From positions 64,001 to 128,000 of the IMG/VR virus record IMGVR_UViG_3300032268_000973: a DNA stretch of 64,000 nucleotides; one strand, written 5' to 3'. The notes under the pieces are model-generated. The model was given only the letters and a program-made list of their open reading frames with translations. It was not told where the DNA came from and made no database searches. Below are positions 10,927-21,011 of this stretch, in pieces. Origin of the DNA: a virus. Numbering within the stretch: position 1 is the stretch's first letter; every line of letters begins with the position of its first letter. The position numbers and the translations under genes are program-made.

Positions 10927-12349
10927 ACATAAGTTAGGTATCATTATTCCTTACAGACGTAGGGTAGAACAGATAGATTTTTTTGTAAAATACATGACAA
11001 ATTATCTCAAGGATAAAAACATTAGATATGAGATAATTGTTATTGATCAAGATGACGCCAAACAATTCAACAGAGGCATTTTGTTGAACATCGGTTATGT
11101 CTATGCTAAAAAATTAAAATGTGACTATATTGTTTTTCACGATGTAGACATGATACCAATTGATGTTGATTACTCATATTCGGATATACCTCTGCATTTG
11201 GCAACAGATTTTTTTACAGAGGAAAATGAAAAAAAACGTGAAATATTTGAAGAATATTTTGGTGGGGTTACTATGTTTCCAATTTCTGTATTTGAAAAAA
11301 TAAACGGTTATTCAAACAAATATTGGGGATGGGGGTTTGAAGATACTGATTTATTGTTCAGATGTAAAATGAATGGAATAAGTTTGGACAAACTGAAACT
11401 TCGTAACTACGGTAAAAAAGGAAAAAGTTTGAAATTCAATGGAGTTGATGCATATGTTGAGTTCAACAATACAATTGACTTAGATAGAGATGCGACCTTT
11501 TTTGTGAATTTTTTTCCTGAGAGAATTCCTTTTGATCATACTAGATCTTCTGATGAATTCACTGTGTTTAGTATACCTGGTTGGGATTTTGCGATATGTT
11601 ATAATTCTTTTTCGAGATATAATTTTTGTGCTTTTGATAGGACTCATAACGCATATTTTATAAACTCGGAAATTAAACCTAAATACAAAACAACTATATG
11701 TGTCGTTTTGAATAAAGATGATAATACGATAAAAATGTATCAGGACGGAGTTTTAGTTGGTCAAACAGAAAGTTTCAACAGACTTTATTTTTATCGTAAA
11801 GAACCAAAAGCCTATTTAGGGGTAGGAAAGCCAAATAGAGAAAAAATACCAAATTACTTTAAAGGAACCATATCATCATTTGCATATTTTGATGAAATGT
11901 TGAATGAGGATGAAATAATAGAGATATCTAATAATGAATCTTACACACTAAGGAAAAATTTTGGGGACTATAAATCTTCAGAAAATCTCAAATGTTACTT
12001 TGATTCAAATCACATTTCAAAAAAATATAAATTGATTGACCTCAGTAATAATAAAAATGATGGGGACATATTCAATTGTGAGATAGTAGATGATGATTAT
12101 GATGAATTTGTTGAAGTAGATATCCCCTTCAGAAGAAAATCAGTTTTTAAATCGTTACCTCATGAAGAAAACGGTTTTACAGGATATGGATGGAAAGATC
12201 AGGCGACTAGATGGAATCAGTTAAGATTCCACAATGAAGTAATGATGAATCCTGATATGATAAAAAATGATGGTCTTTCCGATTTGGAATTTATTGAACA
12301 CGGCAAAGAAGTAGTCAAAAAAATTACACATGTTATTGTTGGTATATGA
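10919..12349 (+). CDS. GT7 (beta-1,4-galactosyltransferase-like) with inserted LamG/ConA-like domain
   Basis: IIIPYR, FNRGILLNIG, FHDVD, YFGGV and YWGWGFED; then a beta-rich insert (about 11420-12090); then the GT7 tail LPH...NQLRF...NDGLSDLEF. Confidence 0.8.
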   Translation: MDRHKLGIIIPYRRRVEQIDFFVKYMTNYLKDKNIRYEIIVIDQDDAKQFNRGILLNIGYVYAKKLKCDYIVFHDVDMIPIDVDYSYSDIPLHLATDFFTEENEKKREIFEEYFGGVTMFPISVFEKINGYSNKYWGWGFEDTDLLFRCKMNGISLDKLKLRNYGKKGKSLKFNGVDAYVEFNNTIDLDRDATFFVNFFPERIPFDHTRSSDEFTVFSIPGWDFAICYNSFSRYNFCAFDRTHNAYFINSEIKPKYKTTICVVLNKDDNTIKMYQDGVLVGQTESFNRLYFYRKEPKAYLGVGKPNREKIPNYFKGTISSFAYFDEMLNEDEIIEISNNESYTLRKNFGDYKSSENLKCYFDSNHISKKYKLIDLSNNKNDGDIFNCEIVDDDYDEFVEVDIPFRRKSVFKSLPHEENGFTGYGWKDQATRWNQLRFHNEVMMNPDMIKNDGLSDLEFIEHGKEVVKKITHVIVGI

Positions 12350-13731
12350 GTCATAAATTGGGTATATGTATCCCTTACAGGAATAGAAAAGATCATTTAG
12401 ATAAGTTAATACCACATTTAACAAACCATCTGAATAATAAAAAAATCGACCATTATTTTTATGTTGTGCATCAGGTAGATGACAAACTTTTTAATAGAGG
12501 TGCGATGAAAAATATTGCGGCACAACATGCATTTGATGATGGTTGTGATTATGTGGCATGGCATGATGTTGACATGTTACCTCACGAAGATGCTGATTAC
12601 TCGTATCCAGTTGAAACTCCGATACATATTGCAACTAAGTTATCAAAGTATTCTTATAAAATGGGGTATGATCAATACTTTGGAGGAGTTGTATTGTTCA
12701 ACAAAGACCATGTTGAAAAAACAAATGGTTATTCTAATGACTATTGGGATTGGGGTCAAGAAGATGATGATTTATTTTGGAGATGTTACTTCGAGGGACT
12801 TACTACAGGCAAAATAATAAAAAGCGAGAAGAATACTGTTGTTGCAAATTTCAATGGTATTGATTCGGTTGTTGCTGTACCAACAAATAGAGAAATAAGT
12901 TCCTGTTTACATCGAGATCATACAATAGTGTTAACTTTTAACGCTGAACAACAAAATGATAAAATACCGATTTGGTTGGTTGGGGATAAAGATAATAAAT
13001 TTATCGAATATCCGATTCTCAGAAAAGACGGCAGTTGGACTTGGGGATTATCATTCAACAATTCGAGAGCTGTAACGATGCAACTAATAGATCGAGATGG
13101 ATCAAATCATTATAATTGGGCAAAAAGGTTTGAAGGGTTATGGACTCGGGTTATATTATCGTACGACAGTAATAAAAATTTGGCGTATTTTTATGTTAAT
13201 GATGAGTTAGTCTCACAAATTAGTGATGTAAAACAAAACATTCCGTTTCCAATAAATAATAAATTAAAAACGCATGATTCTCAGAGACCTTTCATATTAG
13301 GGTATTGTCCATTTATGGATACATTCTATAAAGGAAAAATTTCGGAATTCAAAATTTACAATAAGTTTTTTGATAAAATTGAAAACATCCAATCGGATAG
13401 AGATAGTTTGATACTAAATGTTGATTTCAAGAGTAAAATGCTACCCCAAAAAAATATTGAATATACCTCTGAAACTATTGATGTCATTAAAAATATAATT
13501 CCATTCAGAAGAGATGGTAAGTTTGATTGTTTACCACATGTTGATGAGGGGTTTGTAGATGGAAAATGGGCTAAGGGAGAAACAACTGCTAGAAATGAGA
13601 AAAGGTTTGTAACTGAGATGCAACAAGGAAAAATAGATTACAAGCAAGACGGTATAAATAATTTAAAATATAACGTAGTAAACGTAGAGAATTACTCAAA
13701 TAATTGTAAATTTATAAATGTAACCCTTTAA
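12346..13731 (+). CDS. Second GT7 with inserted LamG/ConA-like domain
   Basis: ICIPYRNR, FNRGAMKN, WHDVD, YFGGV, YWDWGQEDDD; insert; LPH...NEKRF...QDGINNLKY. Confidence 0.8.
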   Translation: MSHKLGICIPYRNRKDHLDKLIPHLTNHLNNKKIDHYFYVVHQVDDKLFNRGAMKNIAAQHAFDDGCDYVAWHDVDMLPHEDADYSYPVETPIHIATKLSKYSYKMGYDQYFGGVVLFNKDHVEKTNGYSNDYWDWGQEDDDLFWRCYFEGLTTGKIIKSEKNTVVANFNGIDSVVAVPTNREISSCLHRDHTIVLTFNAEQQNDKIPIWLVGDKDNKFIEYPILRKDGSWTWGLSFNNSRAVTMQLIDRDGSNHYNWAKRFEGLWTRVILSYDSNKNLAYFYVNDELVSQISDVKQNIPFPINNKLKTHDSQRPFILGYCPFMDTFYKGKISEFKIYNKFFDKIENIQSDRDSLILNVDFKSKMLPQKNIEYTSETIDVIKNIIPFRRDGKFDCLPHVDEGFVDGKWAKGETTARNEKRFVTEMQQGKIDYKQDGINNLKYNVVNVENYSNNCKFINVTL

Positions 13732-13732
13732 T

Positions 13733-14134
13733 ATGGAACGAAAATATTTACCAACAATTTCCGAGTTGATCGATCGATTATCAATTGTTCAATTGAAAGA
13801 AGTAAAAATACCAGAACACAAAGAAGAATATGCACAAGAAATTAAAGATATCTTACACGATATACAATTGATCTTGGACACTTCAGACGTAGAAATAACC
13901 GCAGAGGTAATCAGATCAATTATTGTTTGTTCTCAAATGAATACACACATTTGGTATAATGAAACAAATGTAAGGAAAGGAATTGAAGGACCAACAATGT
14001 TAGCATTAACTCACGGTATAAATGGAATTAGAAATACATCTAAAAATAAAATACAAGAAAATTTTGGAGGTAGAAAAGATTACAAGATTGATTGTTTAGC
14101 TGCAGATTTTAAAGATTGGGAGGTAAGTTGGTAA
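13733..14134 (+). CDS. Hypothetical protein, possibly DUF6165-like
   Basis: SELIDRLSIVQLKE resembles the GELIDKITILEIK pattern of proteins found beside glycosyltransferases. Confidence 0.45.
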   Translation: MERKYLPTISELIDRLSIVQLKEVKIPEHKEEYAQEIKDILHDIQLILDTSDVEITAEVIRSIIVCSQMNTHIWYNETNVRKGIEGPTMLALTHGINGIRNTSKNKIQENFGGRKDYKIDCLAADFKDWEVSW

Positions 14135-14135
14135 T

Positions 14136-14687
14136 ATGGAACATCAAACAATAATGTTTAAAAACCACAAAATTTATAAGAAAAAAATTTCAGATATCGA
14201 TCTGAATAAAGTTTCTGAAGAATTTTTTGATGAGATTGATTTTTTTTCAAAATTCACTTCTTCTGATACGGTAATGAAACCTAATATCAGGAAAATGAAT
14301 GAAATATGTTTTAATGAACTAAAATTTATTTATGAAAGTGAACTCAATTTGAAAATTAAGTCAGGATATCAAAAAAGTTGGTTTTTTTATGCTCCTCCAA
14401 AATCAAATGATTTGGGAAATTATCATACTCATCAGCAACTATCGGATAGATATCCCGAAATATTCACAGATTACGTTTGGACTTTTTACTTGAAAACACC
14501 CAATAATTGTATTGGTAATGAAGGAAAATTAGCATTCAAAGACGGTGACGATGAATTTTTTGTTGATGTGGAAGAAGGATACATTTATTCTTTTGGATAT
14601 AGTCTATTACATAAAGGTGTTGATGCTCCGAACTCAGACTTAGAGAGGTTGGTTGCGGTAGGGAATATCGCTTTTAAATTCGAATAA
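14136..14687 (+). CDS. Putative Fe(II)/2OG oxygenase
   Basis: YHTH, WTFYLKTP, GKLAF, LLHKG and R.VAVGNIAF in a double-stranded beta-helix pattern. Confidence 0.65.
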   Translation: MEHQTIMFKNHKIYKKKISDIDLNKVSEEFFDEIDFFSKFTSSDTVMKPNIRKMNEICFNELKFIYESELNLKIKSGYQKSWFFYAPPKSNDLGNYHTHQQLSDRYPEIFTDYVWTFYLKTPNNCIGNEGKLAFKDGDDEFFVDVEEGYIYSFGYSLLHKGVDAPNSDLERLVAVGNIAFKFE

Positions 14688-14715
14688 AATTAACTATTTT
14701 TAATAAAAATTACAC

Positions 14716-15492
14716 ATGTTTAAACATTTAACAGATTTAGAGATCCAACAAATTACCTTTGATTGGAGATATCGAGGGTTCACGGTATTAGAATTATTAA
14801 CCGAAGAAGAGTGCGATGAGATAAATGACGAGTTAGAAAAACTTCGTATAGAAAGAAAGAATACAAAAACACCTGATGGTAATGAATGGGGAGAATGGGA
14901 TCCATTTTCTTACCCACATAAATTGTCGAGTGCACTTGAAAAGATCTTTGTTCACCCCAAAATAATTGAAGCGTGTGAATTCTTGATGGGTGGGGATATA
15001 GTTGGTATGCAAAGTTGGGCGTATTTTAAGCCCCCTGGTCAATTGGGACGAGATCAACATCAAAATGCATTTTATACAGGTTGTAAACACAATGAAATAA
15101 TCAATACTGCAATTGCTTTGGATAATCACGACCCTGAAAATGGGGCGGTTTGGAACTATGAAGGATCTCACAGATTACAAACTCTACCAATTGAAGTTGA
15201 TGAAGAAAGGACCAAAACAAACCCTTCGTTTTGGAGAAACGAAAGAGGTAAACCTTGTATTATGCCCGAAGGACATGACTTCAGAAAAGTTGAAGGTTAT
15301 TTGAGAAAAGGACAAGTTGTGTTACTTCACTCACATTGTGTTCATGGGTCAGAACCTAATTTATCAAATAGATTTAGAAGAAATTTGTTAGGAGGATACT
15401 TGAAAGACGGGGCTTATTTCAATAAAGGAAGTCACATGAAACGAGAACCGATCGAATTGTATTCTTTACAACAAAAGTATTGGGGGGAATAA
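14716..15492 (+). CDS. PhyH-like Fe(II)/2OG dioxygenase with atypical H-Q-N motif
   Basis: YFKPPG..GRDQHQNAFY, IALDNHDPENGA, GSH, KGQVVLLHSHCVHGS and RR. Confidence 0.8.
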   Translation: MFKHLTDLEIQQITFDWRYRGFTVLELLTEEECDEINDELEKLRIERKNTKTPDGNEWGEWDPFSYPHKLSSALEKIFVHPKIIEACEFLMGGDIVGMQSWAYFKPPGQLGRDQHQNAFYTGCKHNEIINTAIALDNHDPENGAVWNYEGSHRLQTLPIEVDEERTKTNPSFWRNERGKPCIMPEGHDFRKVEGYLRKGQVVLLHSHCVHGSEPNLSNRFRRNLLGGYLKDGAYFNKGSHMKREPIELYSLQQKYWGE

Positions 15493-16895
15493 TGTCTGAA
15501 AACCAGTTTGAAGTAATAAAAAATAAACTTGATTCTGTCGGGTGTGGGTTTTGTCTTGCAAAATGGACACAAGTCACAATGCATTTACATAATGGATTGA
15601 CACATTCTTGCCATCACCCAAGCCCACATAAAATACCTCTACAAGAAATAAAAAATAATCCCTCAGCATTACACAACACTAGATTCAAAAAAGAGAAAAG
15701 GAAAGAAATGTTGAGTGGTCAAAGACCAAGTGAGTGTTCTTATTGTTGGAATGTTGAAGATAATTCTGATTCTTTTTCTGATAGGATATTTAAGTCCGAG
15801 GAACCTTGGTCCCAACCTTTTTTGAAGGAAATATCTGAATTAGATTGGAGGGCAAACTATAACCCCAAATACGTTGAGGTTTCTTTTTCAAATACGTGTA
15901 ATTTCAAATGTTCTTATTGCGGACCGATGTTTTCATCCAAGTGGGTTGAAGAGATTGAAAAATTTGGATCGTATCCTACTTCAACTAAGTTCAACGGGTT
16001 GGAATATCTTACGGATAACAATTTAAATTCTTACAAACATTCTGACGAAAACCCTTATGTTGATGCGTTTTGGGAGTGGTGGCCAGATCTATATAGAGAT
16101 CTACATACTTTTAGAATAACTGGGGGAGAACCACTATTGGCAAAAGATACTTGGAAGGTTTTAGATTATATTATTTCACAAGAAACTCCAAACCGAGGTC
16201 TTCATTTGGCAATCAATACTAATTTAGGTGTTCCTGATAAATTGATTGATAATCTTATTGAAAAAATAAATAAAATTGAAACTGGTCAAAAAGTTAAAGA
16301 TTTTATAATTTTCACATCAGTTGATGGATGGGGGAAACAATCTGAGTATGGTAGGAATGGTTTGAATTTCGAAAAGTTTTGGGGAAATCTTGAAAAGATA
16401 TTACAAAAATGTCCTACGGTCACTATTGGAATCATGTGTACGTATAACGTGTTTTCAATCACAAGTTTTGATAAGTTGATTGAAGGAGTGTATGAATTAA
16501 AGAAAAAATATTCTTCAATGGATAGAGCTTGGAACACTGCGGTAACTTTGGATTCATCATACTTGAGGTATCCAAATCATCAGACAGTACAAATAGTTCC
16601 TGAGGAGTTTCACCATCTTGTTAAATCAAGTTATGAATTGATGAAAAATTACGAAGAAGTTTATCATACAACTCACAATGAATTTGGAGTTACCTATGGG
16701 TTTTCCGAGGTTGAAATAACAAAAATCAAAAGAATTTTCGACTGGATGCAATCAGATCAAAAATATGAAGAATTGGAAAAAAATAGACATGACTTCGTAA
16801 AGTTTGTAGATGAGCACGATCACAGAAGAAACACTAATTTTTTGGAAACATTTCCAGAATTTGAACATTTTTACAAAAAATATAAGACAAAATAA
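15492..16895 (+). CDS. Radical SAM protein with N-terminal twitch domain
   Basis: ATG at 15492 (TAATG overlap). N-terminal CLAKW...SCHH...CSYCW, then CNFKCSYC and ITGGEP. Confidence 0.9.
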   Translation: MSENQFEVIKNKLDSVGCGFCLAKWTQVTMHLHNGLTHSCHHPSPHKIPLQEIKNNPSALHNTRFKKEKRKEMLSGQRPSECSYCWNVEDNSDSFSDRIFKSEEPWSQPFLKEISELDWRANYNPKYVEVSFSNTCNFKCSYCGPMFSSKWVEEIEKFGSYPTSTKFNGLEYLTDNNLNSYKHSDENPYVDAFWEWWPDLYRDLHTFRITGGEPLLAKDTWKVLDYIISQETPNRGLHLAINTNLGVPDKLIDNLIEKINKIETGQKVKDFIIFTSVDGWGKQSEYGRNGLNFEKFWGNLEKILQKCPTVTIGIMCTYNVFSITSFDKLIEGVYELKKKYSSMDRAWNTAVTLDSSYLRYPNHQTVQIVPEEFHHLVKSSYELMKNYEEVYHTTHNEFGVTYGFSEVEITKIKRIFDWMQSDQKYEELEKNRHDFVKFVDEHDHRRNTNFLETFPEFEHFYKKYKTK

Positions 16896-16897
16896 GT

Positions 16898-18466
16898 ATG
16901 GGAGTTTTTTCAAAAAAACCAGATGAAACTTACGTTGAATATCGGGAAAGAGCAGTCAATAAAATATCTCCAGCTTTCTGTGGAGCTAAGTGGTATAACG
17001 CAACTATTTGGTTGGGTAATGGAACAACTGCAAGTTGTCACCACCCACCAGCACATAAAATACCATTGGAAGAGGTTGCTCAAAATTATAAAGCAATCCA
17101 CAATACCAATTACAAAAAACTTATTCGAAAACAAATGCTCGAGGGAGAAAGACCTAAAGAGTGTGAATACTGTTGGAAAATTGAAGACTTAGGGCCTGAT
17201 AATATTTCAGATCGAGTTCATAAGTCCGTTATATACTCAGATGAAGAACTGGCGGAATGTAAATCTTTATACGGGTGGGATAAAGATGTAGATCTTAAAA
17301 CTTTAGAAATCGCATTTGATCCTAACTGTAATTTTGGATGTTCTTATTGTAATGCTTCATTCTCAACTACTTGGCAAAATGATATCAAAAAGAATGGAGC
17401 GTATCAGAATCTTGTCTCAGATGGTGCGGCGGCGTTCCAACACGATGGAAGTCACTCTTTACCTTATGGTAGAAAAAACGAGGGAAATCCATATATTGAA
17501 GCCTTTTGGAAATGGTGGGAAGGGGAGTTGCAATATACTTTAAGAGAACTACGTGTTACAGGAGGAGAACCCACGATGTCCCAAGACTTTTGGAAGTTAA
17601 TGAAGTGGTGGGAACAAAATCCAGATTGTAATGTTGAATTTGCCGTAAACTCCAACTTGGGGCAAAAAGAGGAATTATTCAACGCACTTTTGAAAGCGTC
17701 TCATAATATTAAAAGTTTTCATCTCTACACTAGTTGTGAAGCGACAGGCAAGCAGGCTGAATACATTAGAGATGGTTTGAACTGGGAAAAGTGGTTGGTA
17801 AACATGGATAGAATGTTAAGTGAAGGTAATGTACAATCTGCAAATTGTATGATGACAATAAATGCATTGTGTTTGTTCAGTATTACTGAATTTATGGATG
17901 AAATGTTGAAATTAAAAGTTAAATACAAGACTCAGTCTCCAGTTTGTTCTTTCAATATTTTACGATTTCCGTCATTTCAATCAATTGTCACACTTCCAAA
18001 AGACATCAGATTAGAACGAGCTGATGCTATTGAAAAGTGGATCAACGATAATTGGGATAATGAGAAAAACGGATTCATTCAGTGGGAAAAAGATAGTATG
18101 GTAAGGTTAGTGAAATACATTCGTGAAGTTGATACGGGACATTCATTTACATCTTCATTAGAATCAAGAGAAAGAGATTTCAAATCTTTTTATTCTCAGT
18201 ATGATAAGAGAAGAAATCAAAATTTCTTGGAAGCTTTCCCTATGTTAAAAGAATGGTGGGATTCCATTCCTGAAACTAATATTACTCCTTTGAAAGGACT
18301 TGTAGATGGGGATGATGCTAAGTCTAACAGATATGTTGATGAAGTGATGGATACTGCTAAAAAAGAAGGGTGGGTATTAAACCCTCAACATCCTAATCCT
18401 GGATCTCAAGAGTATAAAGAAATGGAATATGAAGAGGATCTTTTGAACTTTATTAAAGAAAAATGA
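16898..18466 (+). CDS. Radical SAM protein with N-terminal twitch domain
   Basis: CGAKW...SCHH...CEYCW, CNFGCSYC, VTGGEP. Confidence 0.9.
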   Translation: MGVFSKKPDETYVEYRERAVNKISPAFCGAKWYNATIWLGNGTTASCHHPPAHKIPLEEVAQNYKAIHNTNYKKLIRKQMLEGERPKECEYCWKIEDLGPDNISDRVHKSVIYSDEELAECKSLYGWDKDVDLKTLEIAFDPNCNFGCSYCNASFSTTWQNDIKKNGAYQNLVSDGAAAFQHDGSHSLPYGRKNEGNPYIEAFWKWWEGELQYTLRELRVTGGEPTMSQDFWKLMKWWEQNPDCNVEFAVNSNLGQKEELFNALLKASHNIKSFHLYTSCEATGKQAEYIRDGLNWEKWLVNMDRMLSEGNVQSANCMMTINALCLFSITEFMDEMLKLKVKYKTQSPVCSFNILRFPSFQSIVTLPKDIRLERADAIEKWINDNWDNEKNGFIQWEKDSMVRLVKYIREVDTGHSFTSSLESRERDFKSFYSQYDKRRNQNFLEAFPMLKEWWDSIPETNITPLKGLVDGDDAKSNRYVDEVMDTAKKEGWVLNPQHPNPGSQEYKEMEYEEDLLNFIKEK

Positions 18467-19812
18467 AAATAAAACCGTCTGAAGGTAATACAACTTTCTG
18501 TATGGCTCCTTTTACCCATACTTACTTATCTCCACAAAGTGAGAGGAGATTATGTTGTGCTAGCCGTGAAAAAGCTTCTTGGGCAACGCAATATATAGAT
18601 TCTGAGAAAGCTGATTCCAATTCAACGTATCAACCATCTACATTGGATGAACATTGGAACAGTGATTATATGAAATCAATTCGAAAAAAATTGTTAGCGG
18701 GAGAAGAAATTCCTCAATGTGCGGTTTGTAATGATAAGATATTGAACATATATACATACCGAGACTATTTTAATAATACGTTATTTCCTCATAAGATAGA
18801 TGACATCTTTGATGAAACTAAAGATGATGGTTATTTGGAAAGCAAGCCTATTTCTTATGATTATAGAATTTCTAATTTATGTAATTTTAAATGTAGGATG
18901 TGTGGGGATCAGTTATCGTCTCAATGGGAAGCTGAGAACAGAATAATGGGTTATTATGATAATGGATCAGAACCTTGGGCATCTAAAAAATATAAACCAA
19001 CTATAGAAAAATTTCAAAAGGAGGTTGCGGAAAAAGAATTATGGGACGCGGTATATGATGGGAGGATAGAAGAGATTTATTGGGTTGGTGGAGAACCTTT
19101 GATGTGGGAGATTCATTGGGATATAATGAAGTATTTGGTCGAAAATGGGTTATCAAAAAACGTAGTCATAAGATATAATACAAATTTGAGTAGTGTGAAA
19201 TATAAGAATCATAATCTCTATGATTATTTACCCCACTTCAAAAATGTAAATGTTTGTGCTAGTATAGATGGTACAGGTGAAATAGTGGAATATGTGAGAC
19301 ATGGTATAAATTGGGACAAATGGATTTCTAATTTTAAAGATGGATTGTTTTTGAACAAATTATACAACAATTACGCTATGACTTTTGATTTGACAGTTAC
19401 ACTCCCTGGACTCTTTTCAATCAAAGATCTTATCGATTTGAGTATAGAACTCGATGTTGAAACTTTTATCAAAACCACTTTCGCTTTCGACAGTTCAATT
19501 GTAATGTCACCAATGTTTTTACCAAGAGAAATACTAGATCCGATATTGGACGACATAATTGAATACGCTGAAAAAAAATCTGTGGAATATCCAAAAATAA
19601 AAAAATATGTTGAATGCTTCAGAGACATCAAAACCAAAAAAACATTTCAAGAAGAATATGGGGATTGGGAAATTGGACAAATTAGAGGTAAAACAAGAAT
19701 TTTGAAAATAGATACATATAGAAATAACGTTGGAAAAATTGAAAAAATATTTTCGAACTATCCACCACTATTAGAATGGTGGAATAAAATTATAGTTGAT
19801 CCATCCAAATGA
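18463..19812 (+). CDS. Radical SAM protein with N-terminal twitch domain
   Basis: CMAPF...LCC...CAVC, CNFKCRMC, VGGEP. Confidence 0.9.
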   Translation: MKIKPSEGNTTFCMAPFTHTYLSPQSERRLCCASREKASWATQYIDSEKADSNSTYQPSTLDEHWNSDYMKSIRKKLLAGEEIPQCAVCNDKILNIYTYRDYFNNTLFPHKIDDIFDETKDDGYLESKPISYDYRISNLCNFKCRMCGDQLSSQWEAENRIMGYYDNGSEPWASKKYKPTIEKFQKEVAEKELWDAVYDGRIEEIYWVGGEPLMWEIHWDIMKYLVENGLSKNVVIRYNTNLSSVKYKNHNLYDYLPHFKNVNVCASIDGTGEIVEYVRHGINWDKWISNFKDGLFLNKLYNNYAMTFDLTVTLPGLFSIKDLIDLSIELDVETFIKTTFAFDSSIVMSPMFLPREILDPILDDIIEYAEKKSVEYPKIKKYVECFRDIKTKKTFQEEYGDWEIGQIRGKTRILKIDTYRNNVGKIEKIFSNYPPLLEWWNKIIVDPSK

Positions 19813-21008
19813 GAGATAATAATACTTCTTTTTGTACCTTACCTTGGATTCATTTGGCAACACACCCAAGTGGAACTGTTAGCCCATGTTGTATAACTGA
19901 TATGGAAAATGGAGTCAGTATGGCAAAAAAAAATGGGCAAAATTTATTTCTGAAAGAAAATACTTTAGAAGAAATAACAAACTCCGAATCATTTAATCAA
20001 CTTCGATTAGAAATGATGGAAAATAAATTTCCAAGTGTATGTAAGACTTGTTATAAAAATGATTTAAATCAAGTAAAAAGTAGAAGGATTGAAAGTAACG
20101 AATCCTATCAACATTTGATAGATAACTGTTTTGAAAACACTAATCCCGACGGGTCATTAAAAATGATTGATTACCGTTATGTTGAACTGAGATTAGGAAC
20201 CGTGTGTAATTTGAAATGTGTTACCTGTAATCCTTTCAGTAGTAATAAATGGAATGAGGATGTTTCAATCTTCAAAAACACAGAGTTTGAGACAAATTAT
20301 TTCAAAAATCAGATAAAAACAGAATGGTATAGGGACCCTAAATTTTATGATGATTTATTAAAAAAATGCGATAAATTAGAGGAAGTTTGGATAAACGGAG
20401 GAGAACCAACTCTAATCAGAGAACATGCGTATTTTTTAAATAAACTGATTGAGAATGATAGGGCCAAAGATATCAATCTACATTATAGTATTAACGTTAC
20501 AAAAATTCCTCAAGAATTTATAGACCTTTGGAAAAAGTTCAAAAAGTTGAAATTACAACTTTCAATTGACGATTTGGGGGAAAGAAACGACTACATCCGA
20601 TTTGGGTCGAATTGGGAAATCATCAACAAAAATTTGAATTTTATATCAGAATATAAAGATCAATTTGATATTGAAGTTTGTCAAACCGTTAGTGCTTTAA
20701 ACGTTTCAAATATCAATAACTTCAAAAAATTTGTTATGGATCATGGTTTAATTACCGCTCATAACTTTGTACACCATCCATCTTTCATGCACGTGTCTGT
20801 TATACCTGATAAATTGAAAGAAAAAATTCTAACAAATTTAAATTTTTTAACTAATGAAGAGATTTTCAGATTGGAATCTGAATTTAAACAAAGTTGTGAC
20901 GATCAAGAATTATTGAAGTTCAAAAAATTTATGAAATTATTAGATTTGAAACGAAATGTTAAGATTGAGAATTATTTACCTGAGTGGGAAGAATTTTTTC
21001 AAGAGTAG
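19809..21008 (+). CDS. Radical SAM protein with N-terminal twitch domain
   Basis: CTLPW...PCC...CKTC, CNLKCVTC, NGGEP. Confidence 0.9.
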   Translation: MRDNNTSFCTLPWIHLATHPSGTVSPCCITDMENGVSMAKKNGQNLFLKENTLEEITNSESFNQLRLEMMENKFPSVCKTCYKNDLNQVKSRRIESNESYQHLIDNCFENTNPDGSLKMIDYRYVELRLGTVCNLKCVTCNPFSSNKWNEDVSIFKNTEFETNYFKNQIKTEWYRDPKFYDDLLKKCDKLEEVWINGGEPTLIREHAYFLNKLIENDRAKDINLHYSINVTKIPQEFIDLWKKFKKLKLQLSIDDLGERNDYIRFGSNWEIINKNLNFISEYKDQFDIEVCQTVSALNVSNINNFKKFVMDHGLITAHNFVHHPSFMHVSVIPDKLKEKILTNLNFLTNEEIFRLESEFKQSCDDQELLKFKKFMKLLDLKRNVKIENYLPEWEEFFQE

Positions 21009-21011
21009 AAT

